Virus record (IMG/VR): IMGVR_UViG_3300032004_000003
Coordinates: 3,965 to 67,964 of that record
Direction: 5' to 3' (one strand)
Source of the DNA: a virus
Lineage: Duplodnaviria; Caudoviricetes
Length of the DNA stretch: 64,000 nt
Below the pieces are notes generated by a model, which had not been told where the DNA came from, did no database searches, and saw only the letters and a program-made list of their open reading frames with translations. Numbering within the stretch: the stretch's first letter is position 1; each line of letters begins with the position of its first letter. Below are positions 43,086 to 50,963 of this stretch, piece after piece. The position numbers were made by a program, and so were the translations under genes.

Positions 43086-43991
43086 ATGGACCAGCCGTCC
43101 TTCGCCCACGACGCCCTGCCGGGCGGCGTTGACGACTTCCTCCTCGAGGAGGAGATCCAGCGCGACCGCGAGCTGCTGGCGGTCGAGGTGCCGCTGATGC
43201 GCGAGCGTCGGCTGAAGCACCTCGAGCGACGCGCCCAGCGCGCGGCGGCCGAGCCCGAGCGGCCGCGCCGGCCGCCGCCGCGGTCGTCCGGCTACTACAT
43301 CGCGCTGCTCGCCAGCGGGATGCCCAAGAGCGAGCGGCTGCGGCAGGCCGCGGCGACGGTCCGCGCGGTGGTGACCGACGATGGCGCGCCGCTGCCGGTG
43401 CCGGTGCCGGTGACGGTGGCCGGGGCCGAGCGCGCGGCGCCGAGCGCGGCCACGGCGGCCAAGGTGGCGGCCGCGACCGTGCCGCCGCCCCCGCCCGGGT
43501 CGGGGGTGACCCCGCCCGAGCCGCTGTCCACCTACCTGACCCAGCTGCCGTTCCTGCCGCCGGTGCCCCAGCTGCGGGACCAGGCGGTGAAGCTGGCTGA
43601 GGCGCAGGCGGAGCGCCGGGCGGCGCTCGAGCAGTTCCGCGCCGGCTTGCTCGCCGACGAGGCCAAGGCCCGCCGGCTCGAGGCCGCCAGGCGCGCGGCC
43701 GACAGGCCGGCGACTATCGCGACGCCGAAAGCCGAGCCCGTGGCGAATGGCGCGGTGATTGCCGCGGCGAATGCCGCAGCGATTGCCAAGCCGGCCGAGG
43801 CGCCCGAGCCCAAGGCGCCGCCCGCGCTCGACGAGGCCAAGCTGCGGCAGCAGGTGCAGGAGTTCCAGGCGCGCCGGGGCCGGCCCGGCCTGGACCAGGA
43901 CCCGCGGGTGCAGGAGCTCCTGACCCGCGTCGAGCGCAAGCGGCGGCCGGTGCCGATCGAGGCCACGCCGACCCCCCGGCGCCGACGCTGA
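43086..43991 (+). CDS. Pro/Ala-rich hypothetical protein
   Basis: Long ORF with codon bias. Confidence 0.55.
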   Translation: MDQPSFAHDALPGGVDDFLLEEEIQRDRELLAVEVPLMRERRLKHLERRAQRAAAEPERPRRPPPRSSGYYIALLASGMPKSERLRQAAATVRAVVTDDGAPLPVPVPVTVAGAERAAPSAATAAKVAAATVPPPPPGSGVTPPEPLSTYLTQLPFLPPVPQLRDQAVKLAEAQAERRAALEQFRAGLLADEAKARRLEAARRAADRPATIATPKAEPVANGAVIAAANAAAIAKPAEAPEPKAPPALDEAKLRQQVQEFQARRGRPGLDQDPRVQELLTRVERKRRPVPIEATPTPRRRR

Positions 43992-44319
43992 CGGGAGGCC
44001 GACGGGAGGCTGGACACCTCCAAGGCGGCTGTGCTCTCTTGCGGGTCCCATAGGCCGCAGATAGGTCCCACGGCCCGGCACGACCTCCCGGGCCGACGGT
44101 CGTTCGGACGATGCTCGCTGTCTGTTCGCCGTAGAAGAGACCTAGGAGCACCCAACTATGCTTGCAGTTATCCTGCCAAGCGACTCGGCCGGAATCAGCA
44201 TCGGCGACCCGCCAAGCGTGTTGCATGGGGTGTTGGGCAGGATTAACGTCAATGGCGGTTGGCTTGGCGGGCCGACACCGGCTGGCGTGACGCGGTCGGA
44301 TCGCACCCCTCAAAAAGCC

Positions 44320-44393
44320 GTCGACCCCGAAGCAGGGATCAACTGCGTTCGGGGTCGACTGGGTATTGCCGCTTAGAAAGGTATTGCCGCTTA
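44320..44393. promoter_or_regulatory. Long hairpin plus tandem 14-bp direct repeats upstream of the replication gene
   Basis: GTCGACCCCGAAGCAG-loop-CTGCGTTCGGGGTCGAC (44320-44359); GGTATTGCCGCTTA at 44362-44375 and 44380-44393. Confidence 0.55.
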
Positions 44394-44508
44394 TGAACGT
44401 AGCGACGAATGCGGGCGCATGCAAGCCCCACAACCAAACTCCCACTGACAATCAGGCCGCAGTTCTCCCGATCAGCCCGCACGACACGCCGCACGCGGGC
44501 GCGCCGTC

Positions 44509-45483
44509 ATGACCGGCGAGAACGGCTCAGGCTGGGTGCGTGCCCCGCGCGCGCTCGAGGATCACCCCGCCCTGCAGAACGCCACCCGGCGCGGCCTGTT
44601 CGACCGGCTGGTGCTGCGGGCGGCACGTCGCCCGGCCAAGGTCAATTGGCGCAGCCGCTCGGTCGAGCTTGGCACCTGCCAGCTGGCGCTCTCGGTGCGC
44701 GAGTTCGCCGAGCTGAACGAGCTGTCCTACAAGGAGACGCGCAACCACCTGGCCCGGCTCAGGCAGGAAGGCCTGATCCAGGATGGGCCGATACTGGTGG
44801 GCGCAAACGGGGGCGCAAGCGGCGTGGCCCTCGGCACCATGATAACCATTTGTGAACCTTGGGCTTCTTTGATCTGGCCGCCCGCAGAGGACGAGACCAG
44901 GGGCGCAAGCACGGGCGCGGCAGGGGCGCAAGAGGGGCGCATAGAACAAGAAGATCAAGACTCTAAGAACGTAGAAGATTCCCCCCCGTCGTCCCCCCCC
45001 ATGGCTGCCGATGCGCCGCCGGACAAGCCGGCGTCGCCGCAACCCCAGGCAGCGCCGCCGGTTCAGCCTGAGATCAGGCTCGAGGTCGAGCCCGAGAAGC
45101 CGCCCGAGAAGCCGCCGAAGCGCAAGCGCCGAACCGAAGGCACGCGACTGCCGGATGACTGGCAGCTCAACGACAACGGATATGCGTTCGCTTCAGGAAA
45201 AGGCTTGAGCCATGACGACACCATCTGGGAAGCCGACAAGTTCCGACGCTACTTCCTTGCAGCCGCTGGGCAGCGTGCTCGAAAATGCGATTGGGATCTT
45301 ACTTGGGAAAGCTGGGTCTGCCGTGCCGTCGAAGACCGCGGCGGGTCTGCCGCGCGTCCCGGTCCTGGCCGCCGGCCAAGCGGTGCTGACCGAGGAAGGG
45401 GTGGACCGACCGGCGTCATGGCCTGGACCAGTGAAGTTGCTCGTCAGGAGCAGCCGATGGCGCGAAAGGTCGTCAGTTGGTGA
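44509..45483 (+). CDS. Phage replication initiator protein (lambda O-like organisation)
   Basis: N-terminal winged-helix-like region; GTRLPDDWQL...EADKFRRYF...KCDWDLTWESW C-terminal domain; internal iterons. Confidence 0.8.
   Translation: MTGENGSGWVRAPRALEDHPALQNATRRGLFDRLVLRAARRPAKVNWRSRSVELGTCQLALSVREFAELNELSYKETRNHLARLRQEGLIQDGPILVGANGGASGVALGTMITICEPWASLIWPPAEDETRGASTGAAGAQEGRIEQEDQDSKNVEDSPPSSPPMAADAPPDKPASPQPQAAPPVQPEIRLEVEPEKPPEKPPKRKRRTEGTRLPDDWQLNDNGYAFASGKGLSHDDTIWEADKFRRYFLAAAGQRARKCDWDLTWESWVCRAVEDRGGSAARPGPGRRPSGADRGRGGPTGVMAWTSEVARQEQPMARKVVSW
44799..44980. repeat. Putative replication origin: GGGCGCAA iterons followed by an A-rich tract
   Basis: GGGCGCAA at 44799, 44811, 44901 and 44924; variants at 44913 and 44935; A-rich 44941-44980. 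Confidence 0.65.
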
Positions 45484-45895
45484 CGCCGGCTGGGACGGCT
45501 TCCCGATCGAGCACGAGATCGCCGCCCAGGTTCCGCCCGGGACCGCTGAGCTGGCGGAACGCCTGCTCGCTCAATACCAGCGGCTCTGCGCACCGATGGC
45601 CCGCTCGGATCTGGCGTACCTGCTCGGCAAGCTTCGCCTGTCGGTTGCCAAGAAGCACGACGAAGAATTCGACTGGAAGATGATCCTCGACGTCTGGCTG
45701 GATGATCTCTCGCACTATCCCGCCGACATCGTGCTCTGGGCGCTCGGCTACTGGCATCGCAATGAAAAATGGTGGCCGATCTGGTGCGAGTTCATGCCGC
45801 TCCTCGAGCGCCGTACGGAACAGCGCAAGGCGGCGATGGACGCCCTGCGGACGATCATCGACCGAGGCCGCGCCAGCCAGGAGGCCGTGCCATGA
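45431..45895 (+). CDS. Replication-associated protein (possible helicase loader; start uncertain)
   Basis: Follows the initiator; ILDVWLDDLSHYPADIV.WAL..W....WWP. Confidence 0.55.
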   Translation: MKLLVRSSRWRERSSVGDAGWDGFPIEHEIAAQVPPGTAELAERLLAQYQRLCAPMARSDLAYLLGKLRLSVAKKHDEEFDWKMILDVWLDDLSHYPADIVLWALGYWHRNEKWWPIWCEFMPLLERRTEQRKAAMDALRTIIDRGRASQEAVP

Positions 45896-46107
45896 CCCGG
45901 ATGGCGCTGCTGGTCGAGCTGGACCCCAAGGAGCTGGCGGTGCGCCTCGGCGAGGCGATCACCTGCGTGTTCCGCCCGCCCGGCATGAGCGCGGACCAGG
46001 CGCTGCGCGGCGTCGACGCCGAGGCCCGCGAGGCCTTCCTGCGCGGCGCCGATGCCGCCATCGGCTACTTCATGGCCCAGACCCGAGGCCAGGGACGGCC
46101 GCAGTGA
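45892..46107 (+). CDS. Small hypothetical protein
   Basis: Coupled overlap. Confidence 0.55.
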   Translation: MTRMALLVELDPKELAVRLGEAITCVFRPPGMSADQALRGVDAEAREAFLRGADAAIGYFMAQTRGQGRPQ

Positions 46108-46349
46108 TCCCCGAAACCCGCGACCCCATGATCGCCGAGTGCGTCCGGTGCGGCCACTGCTGGCCGTGCGCCTACCTGCCGCTGCCGATGCGCGACCTGC
46201 TCGTCCTGCTGCGCCGCGCGACGTGCCCGAGCTGCGCCGCCACCGCCGAGAAGCTGCTGGCCAGCGAGCCGCTCGCGCCCGCCGGCCGGCGCCATCCCAC
46301 GCCGCGCACCCTGGAGCTGCCGGTGCCCTATCCAAGAGAGCCGTCATGA
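46104..46349 (+). CDS. Small Zn-ribbon protein
   Basis: CVRCGHCW...CPSC. Confidence 0.55.
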   Translation: MIPETRDPMIAECVRCGHCWPCAYLPLPMRDLLVLLRRATCPSCAATAEKLLASEPLAPAGRRHPTPRTLELPVPYPREPS

Positions 46350-46570
46350 GCGCCGGCGTGCCGCTTGCCGGCTGGGCGGTGGTGCTGCCGCCGGAATACA
46401 GCAGCTCCAAGCGCGAGAGCCGGATCGTCGTCGAGATCGGCGCGGATGCCTGCGAGAAGATGGCCTGGACGATCGCGCTCGGCTGGCCGACGGAGGGCGA
46501 GGTGGCCGAGGCGAGGATGCGCGGCGCTCGGGCGTTCCGGTGCCGCGTGGTCGAGGACCAGCCGTCATGA
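46346..46570 (+). CDS. Small hypothetical protein
   Basis: Coupled overlap; AWTIALGWP. Confidence 0.55.
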   Translation: MSAGVPLAGWAVVLPPEYSSSKRESRIVVEIGADACEKMAWTIALGWPTEGEVAEARMRGARAFRCRVVEDQPS

Positions 46571-46676
46571 TCCGGGTGCTGGCCCTCGCCTGGATCTGGC
46601 TGCGGCTGCTCCTGGTGCTGCCCTGCCTCCTCGCCCTCGCCTGCCTCGACGTGCACCGCTACCCGAAGGTCCGCCG

Positions 46677-46898
46677 ATGACCGCCGACCTCGCGCGCTGC
46701 CGCTTCTGCGGCAAGAAGGCCGCCAGCCCGCTGCTGGTCTGCTGGAACACCCGCGACATGGAGGATTGGGCGGTCGAGGGCGACATGCGCTGCTACCAGG
46801 CCCTGGCGGCAGCGGGCGGCGGCGAGCGCGGGATGCGGCGCGTCGACCAGCTGCGGGCCGACCGCCGGCGCGTCGTCATCCTGGAGGCCCGCCGATGA
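46677..46898 (+). CDS. Small Cys-containing hypothetical protein
   Basis: CRFCG; coupled overlap. Confidence 0.5.
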   Translation: MTADLARCRFCGKKAASPLLVCWNTRDMEDWAVEGDMRCYQALAAAGGGERGMRRVDQLRADRRRVVILEARR

Positions 46899-47494
46899 TC
46901 GCCTGCGATGAGCCCGCCGCGGAACCGTCGCCGCCCGCGCCACGGGAACCCCGGGAACAAAGGTTCGGCCGCGGCTACGACGCCGGCCAGCTCGAGACGG
47001 TGGCGGCGTGCGTCGAGGCGTACGACGCGCTCCTGCTCGAGATCGCCGTGATCGAGAACCAGCTGACCACGTTCTACGGCATGCCGGCCGACACGCTGTC
47101 CGCGGCAAGGCGCGCGTGGCTCAAGCGGGCCAAGTCCGCGCTCGCGCTCAAGCACCGCATCCGCCATGCCATCGCCTACCGCAAGGGCATGCTGCTGATC
47201 GAGGAACGCCGGGCCGTCGGCGAGGAGCAGATCCTGCGCGAGCACCAGCTGCGCCGCGAGCGGCTGCAAAAGCAGCTCGATCACGAGGCCCAGGTGCGCG
47301 CCCGCCGGGAACGCGAGCACGAGAAGAAGATGCAGCGCATCGCCGCCTCGAACGCCCAGACCGACGCCGACCACCGATTGTTCGTGCGGCTGGTGCGCGA
47401 ACGCTTGGGTGACGCGGTTGCCGAGGACATCTGGGCCGAGGTCCACCGCCGCGCCACGCAGGGCACCGCGACGCTCGCGGCGGCCGCGCCATGA
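46895..47494 (+). CDS. Coiled-coil hypothetical protein
   Basis: Codon bias; coupled overlaps. Confidence 0.6.
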   Translation: MIACDEPAAEPSPPAPREPREQRFGRGYDAGQLETVAACVEAYDALLLEIAVIENQLTTFYGMPADTLSAARRAWLKRAKSALALKHRIRHAIAYRKGMLLIEERRAVGEEQILREHQLRRERLQKQLDHEAQVRARREREHEKKMQRIAASNAQTDADHRLFVRLVRERLGDAVAEDIWAEVHRRATQGTATLAAAAP

Positions 47495-47790
47495 AGCCGG
47501 CCGACCTCGACCGCCTCGACGAGCTGCTCAAGAAGCTCGTCGCCATGTGCCACCACGCCGCCGAGCAGGACACGCCGCTGCTCGCCATCCAGCGCGCCGA
47601 GCTGTGGGACCTCCTGGTGCTGCTCGACCTCGAGCGCGCGCACTACCGGATGACCGACTTCTGGATGCTGCTCCAGGACAACCAGCGGCTGCGCAAGCTG
47701 ATGAACGACATCGTCCTGGCCGCGGACCCGAGCACCCCGGCGTGGCAGCTCGCGCGCCAGGCCCTGACCGAGCCCGAGACCAAGCCATGA
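47491..47790 (+). CDS. Hypothetical protein
   Basis: Codon bias; coupled overlaps. Confidence 0.6.
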   Translation: MKPADLDRLDELLKKLVAMCHHAAEQDTPLLAIQRAELWDLLVLLDLERAHYRMTDFWMLLQDNQRLRKLMNDIVLAADPSTPAWQLARQALTEPETKP

Positions 47791-47987
47791 GCGACGCGTC
47801 GTTGACCGCCGAGCAGGACGAGCACCTGTTCGGCCCGACGCTCGAGGCGGTCCTGGCCCGGGTGCGCGCCGAGGTCGGACCGCCCGACCCGTTTTCCGAC
47901 GAGCACGTGGCGTTGCGCGTCGGCGACGTCTGGACTCTGCTCGCCGCGCTCGACTGGCGGCGTGGCGAACGCGAGGACGAGCGCTGA
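47787..47987 (+). CDS. Small hypothetical protein
   Basis: Coupled overlap. Confidence 0.5.
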   Translation: MSDASLTAEQDEHLFGPTLEAVLARVRAEVGPPDPFSDEHVALRVGDVWTLLAALDWRRGEREDER

Positions 47988-48271
47988 TGGCGGCGTGCAG
48001 CGATCTGGCCGTGGTCGGCTTGCCCGCCGTGGTGCGCCAGCTGCTGTGGCGCGAGCGCCAGGGCGAGGTCGCCTGCGTCAGCGGCGGGCAGGTGCCGGCC
48101 GAGACCCTCGGGCTCGGGCTGGCGCTGGGCGTGCTCGAGATCGACGGTCCAAGCTGGCGCCGCGGCGAGCTGCTCTACGGGCCGGGCAGCGCCGCCAAGG
48201 GCTGGCTGAAGCGCGAGGACAAGGCGCGTCGGCTGGCGACCACCGCCAAGCGGTCGGGAGCCGCGCCCTGA
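47987..48271 (+). CDS. Hypothetical protein
   Basis: TGATG overlap. Confidence 0.5.
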   Translation: MAACSDLAVVGLPAVVRQLLWRERQGEVACVSGGQVPAETLGLGLALGVLEIDGPSWRRGELLYGPGSAAKGWLKREDKARRLATTAKRSGAAP

Positions 48272-48294
48272 TGGCGCTGCGGCGCCAGAGCCGA

Positions 48295-48489
48295 CAAAGA
48301 AAGCCCCGGCGTGAGCCGGGGCAGGAGATCAGGGAGGCTAAACGAAACAAAGTCAAGGGAGAGGAGCCGGCTCATCGAGGGAGGAGATGAGCCGACGCTC
48401 AGATACGACGACATGACAAAGTCCGGGACCGGGAAGTGCCAGTAACCTTGCCCACTTCACAGGCTAATATTGACCGCTCTATGATGCAA
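48295..48489 (-). ncRNA. Putative sRNA element 2 (about 160 nt) with sigma70 promoter, CU-rich loop hairpin and intrinsic terminator
   Basis: Minus strand TTGCAT-N17-TAGCCT (48489-48461); hairpin CGGCTCATC-TCCTCCCTC-GATGAGCCG (48368-48394); AGCCTCCCTGATC; GCCCCGGC-TCAC-GCCGGGGC-TTTCTTTG. Confidence 0.55.
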
Positions 48490-48526
48490 ACAGGCATTTC
48501 TAGCGGTCGTCTTGCAGGGTACACCC

Positions 48527-48994
48527 ATGCGTCCTATCGATGGTCTGGTAATCCACTGCAGCGCGACGGTCCCGTCGCTAAACATCGGAAAAGTTGAGAT
48601 AAACAGCTGGCACATGGCTCGAGGGTTCAACGGAATAGGTTACCATTTTGTAATTAGGCGGAATGGTTCCGTTGAGGACGGCCGTCCGGTCGAGGTGCCC
48701 GGCGCGCACGTCCACGGCCACAACGCGCGGACCATCGGCATCTGCCTCGTCGGCGGCTTGGACGCCAACCAGCGCGCCTGCTCCGACTTCATGGCCGCCT
48801 ACAACCCGGTCATGGACGCGGCGCTGGCCAAGCTGGTCAAGCAGCTGCTGCAGCGCTGGCCAAGGGCGACGGTGCTCGGCCACCGCGATTACCCGGACGT
48901 CGCCAAAAGCTGTCCATGCTTCAGCGTGCGCGACTGGTGCCGGGCGCACGGCATCAAGGCCAACGGTGCGGCGGCGGGCCACGCGCTGGCATGA
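48527..48994 (+). CDS. N-acetylmuramoyl-L-alanine amidase (Amidase_2, T7 lysozyme-like endolysin)
   Basis: LVIHCSAT; IGYHFVIRRNG.VE.GRP; GAHVHGHNARTIGICLVGG; GHRD; KSCPCF. Confidence 0.95.
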   Translation: MRPIDGLVIHCSATVPSLNIGKVEINSWHMARGFNGIGYHFVIRRNGSVEDGRPVEVPGAHVHGHNARTIGICLVGGLDANQRACSDFMAAYNPVMDAALAKLVKQLLQRWPRATVLGHRDYPDVAKSCPCFSVRDWCRAHGIKANGAAAGHALA

Positions 48995-49060
48995 CGACCG
49001 CAACGCCCGCGCCGTGGAATGCTATCAGCCCACGTCCGAACGACGAGCAGGAGCAAGGAC

Positions 49061-49201
49061 ATGGATCTGCAGCTGTTTTTGCTGGTCTCTGGCCTGGTGG
49101 TCATCGCGGTGGCGGCGCCAGGGCTGATGCTGCAGGCCGAGGAGTGGGTCGCGCGGCGGCGGGAGCAGGAGCGGGAGCGGCGCGGGGCCCGTAGGTCTTG
49201 A
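49061..49201 (+). CDS. Small single-TM protein
   Basis: AAGGA RBS; N-terminal TM and basic tail; follows the endolysin. Confidence 0.4.
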   Translation: MDLQLFLLVSGLVVIAVAAPGLMLQAEEWVARRREQERERRGARRS

Positions 49202-49568
49202 CCAAGGCCAGCAACAGATGGTCGGTCGGCGGTCCCCTGCCCTTCCTCGCCTTGGGCGCCTCGAGCACCCTGGGCTCGGCGGCCTTGGGCTTGTGACCGA
49301 GCTCGAGCAGCCGCTGGCGCAGCTTCTCGGCCTTGACGTTGTGGCGCTGGGCGAGCTTGGTCACGGCGCAGCCCGGCGACCATTCGACGATCGCCGCGGC
49401 CATCCGCGCCGCCGCCTTGGCCAGATGCGTGCGGCTGCGCAGCTCATCGCGGCAGGCGGCGTCGCCGCAGGTGCGCCGTGCCAGGAAGAACGAAAGGTGC
49501 TCGCCCTTGACCGGCAGCACCGGCCGGACGCAGACCACGCACGGCGCGTGCTCGGCGTAGGTCCTCAC
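49101..49568 (-). CDS. Hypothetical protein with Cys cluster and HTH-like segment
   Basis: CVVC...TCGDAAC; AVTKLAQRHNV. Confidence 0.5.
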   Translation of the reverse strand: MRTYAEHAPCVVCVRPVLPVKGEHLSFFLARRTCGDAACRDELRSRTHLAKAAARMAAAIVEWSPGCAVTKLAQRHNVKAEKLRQRLLELGHKPKAAEPRVLEAPKARKGRGPPTDHLLLALVKTYGPRAAPAPAPAAARPTPRPAASALAPPPR

Positions 49569-49981
49569 CGCCGGCTCCAGCGCAAGACCGCCGGCTCGAG
49601 CGCCTGCCGGTCCTGCTGGTCCTGCCAGCCCTCGAGGCTGCTCCTGTTGCGCCGCGTGTCGAGCCCGGCGCCGGTGTCCAGCCTGACCTCGACCCGGGCC
49701 AACCTGTCCGAGAGGTTAGCCAGCCGCTCCTCGAAGGAGCGCCATGTCGCCTCGACGCCGACGCGCCGCGCCTCGCCGCGCGCGTCCATGCTCTCGAGCC
49801 GCCGCTCCAGCGTCTCGATCTGCAGGCTCATCGTGCTGCGGCCCACGGTCTGCGACACGCCCCACGAGCCGAGCGCCATCACGGCGCCGACGAGCGTGCC
49901 GGTGATCGCCAGCCAGCCGCGGCTGATGACGAGCGCGCCCTCCTGGCCGTCAGCCATCGAGGTCGTCCTCGTCGGCGTCAC
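49565..49981 (-). CDS. Membrane-anchored coiled-coil protein (lysis-associated candidate)
   Basis: TM WLAITGTLVGAVMALGSWGV followed by a coiled coil. Confidence 0.55.
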   Translation of the reverse strand: MTPTRTTSMADGQEGALVISRGWLAITGTLVGAVMALGSWGVSQTVGRSTMSLQIETLERRLESMDARGEARRVGVEATWRSFEERLANLSDRLARVEVRLDTGAGLDTRRNRSSLEGWQDQQDRQALEPAVLRWSRR

Positions 49982-50090
49982 GGCGCCGCGGCCGGCGGCC
50001 GTTGTAGGTGAAGAAGACCAGAAGCATCAGGGCGGCGACGCCCCAGGCGGCGACGTGGCAGCCGATGGCGATCGCGGTGGCGGAAAGCAT
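49950..50090 (-). CDS. Small membrane protein
   Basis: Single TM with charged tail. Confidence 0.4.
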   Translation of the reverse strand: MLSATAIAIGCHVAAWGVAALMLLVFFTYNGRRPRRRDADEDDLDG

Positions 50091-50209
50091 ATTTTTGTTC
50101 GACCCGCAGCAGGCTTGCTTGTCGGCCAGCTTAGCACCGCCGCCGGGACCGCGGGTGGCGCCGCGCCGGCATGCCCCTGCGACTCGATGGCGAAGCACGA
50201 GGAGAGACG

Positions 50210-50593
50210 ATGCCCGACGCGGCGATTCACCGGGTGCAGGATCCGGACGGCCGCGGGCCGTTCAAGCCGGGGCGCAGCCAACTCTGGTGCGCGCCGGACA
50301 GGGATGGTCCGCCGAGCATCGTGGATGAGTTCGGGTTGGAGTGGCAGGCCGAGATCCCGACGGGATGGCACGCCGGCTGCGGCTTCGAGCGCGTCGAGCA
50401 GGTCGCGGCGTGGTTCTCGGCCGAGGAAATCCGCCGCCTGGAGCTGCTGGGCTACCGGCTCGTGGTGCTGCGCGGTTGCCGGGTGCTGCGACGGTCACCG
50501 GATCAGGTGCTGTTCGTCCGCGAGCCGCCCTTGCGGCGTGGGGCGACCGTGCTCCCGTGGCCGCGGCCGACCGGAGCCCCCCATGGCCGCTGA
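50210..50593 (+). CDS. Hypothetical phage protein
   Basis: GAGGAG RBS; HRVQDPDGRGPF; QVAAWFS.EE. Confidence 0.65.
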   Translation: MPDAAIHRVQDPDGRGPFKPGRSQLWCAPDRDGPPSIVDEFGLEWQAEIPTGWHAGCGFERVEQVAAWFSAEEIRRLELLGYRLVVLRGCRVLRRSPDQVLFVREPPLRRGATVLPWPRPTGAPHGR

Positions 50594-50746
50594 GGGCCGG
50601 CGCAGCTGGCTGTTGCGGCGCGAGAACGCGCTGATGACCGCGGTCTATGCCCGTCGCATGTGGCGGCTGCCCGTCGACCCCGCCTTGGCCGAGGCCTTGG
50701 CCACGACGCGGCGGGAGCTGGCTGCCATCCGCTGACCGCGGCCGGC

Positions 50747-50774
50747 AAAAAAAGAGCCGCCCCGAGGGGGCGGC
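50747..50774 (-). terminator. Intrinsic terminator ending the minus-strand tail operon
   Basis: GCCGCCCC-GAG-GGGGCGGC stem; T7 run on the minus strand. Confidence 0.75.
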
Positions 50775-50963
50775 CGTTCTAGTCACTGCGGGGAACAGAA
50801 AACTGTCCTGCTGCTACAACTCCTAGCTGACAGGATGGTTGCGTTGGACGCCTTTATGTCGCAGTCGCCCAGAACGCGAGCCACCCGGCCAGCGCCACCG
50901 CCGCCCAGAGCGCCGCGGCCATCAGCAGGGCGAGCACGACCGGGTGCATCCTGGGCGTGCCGC

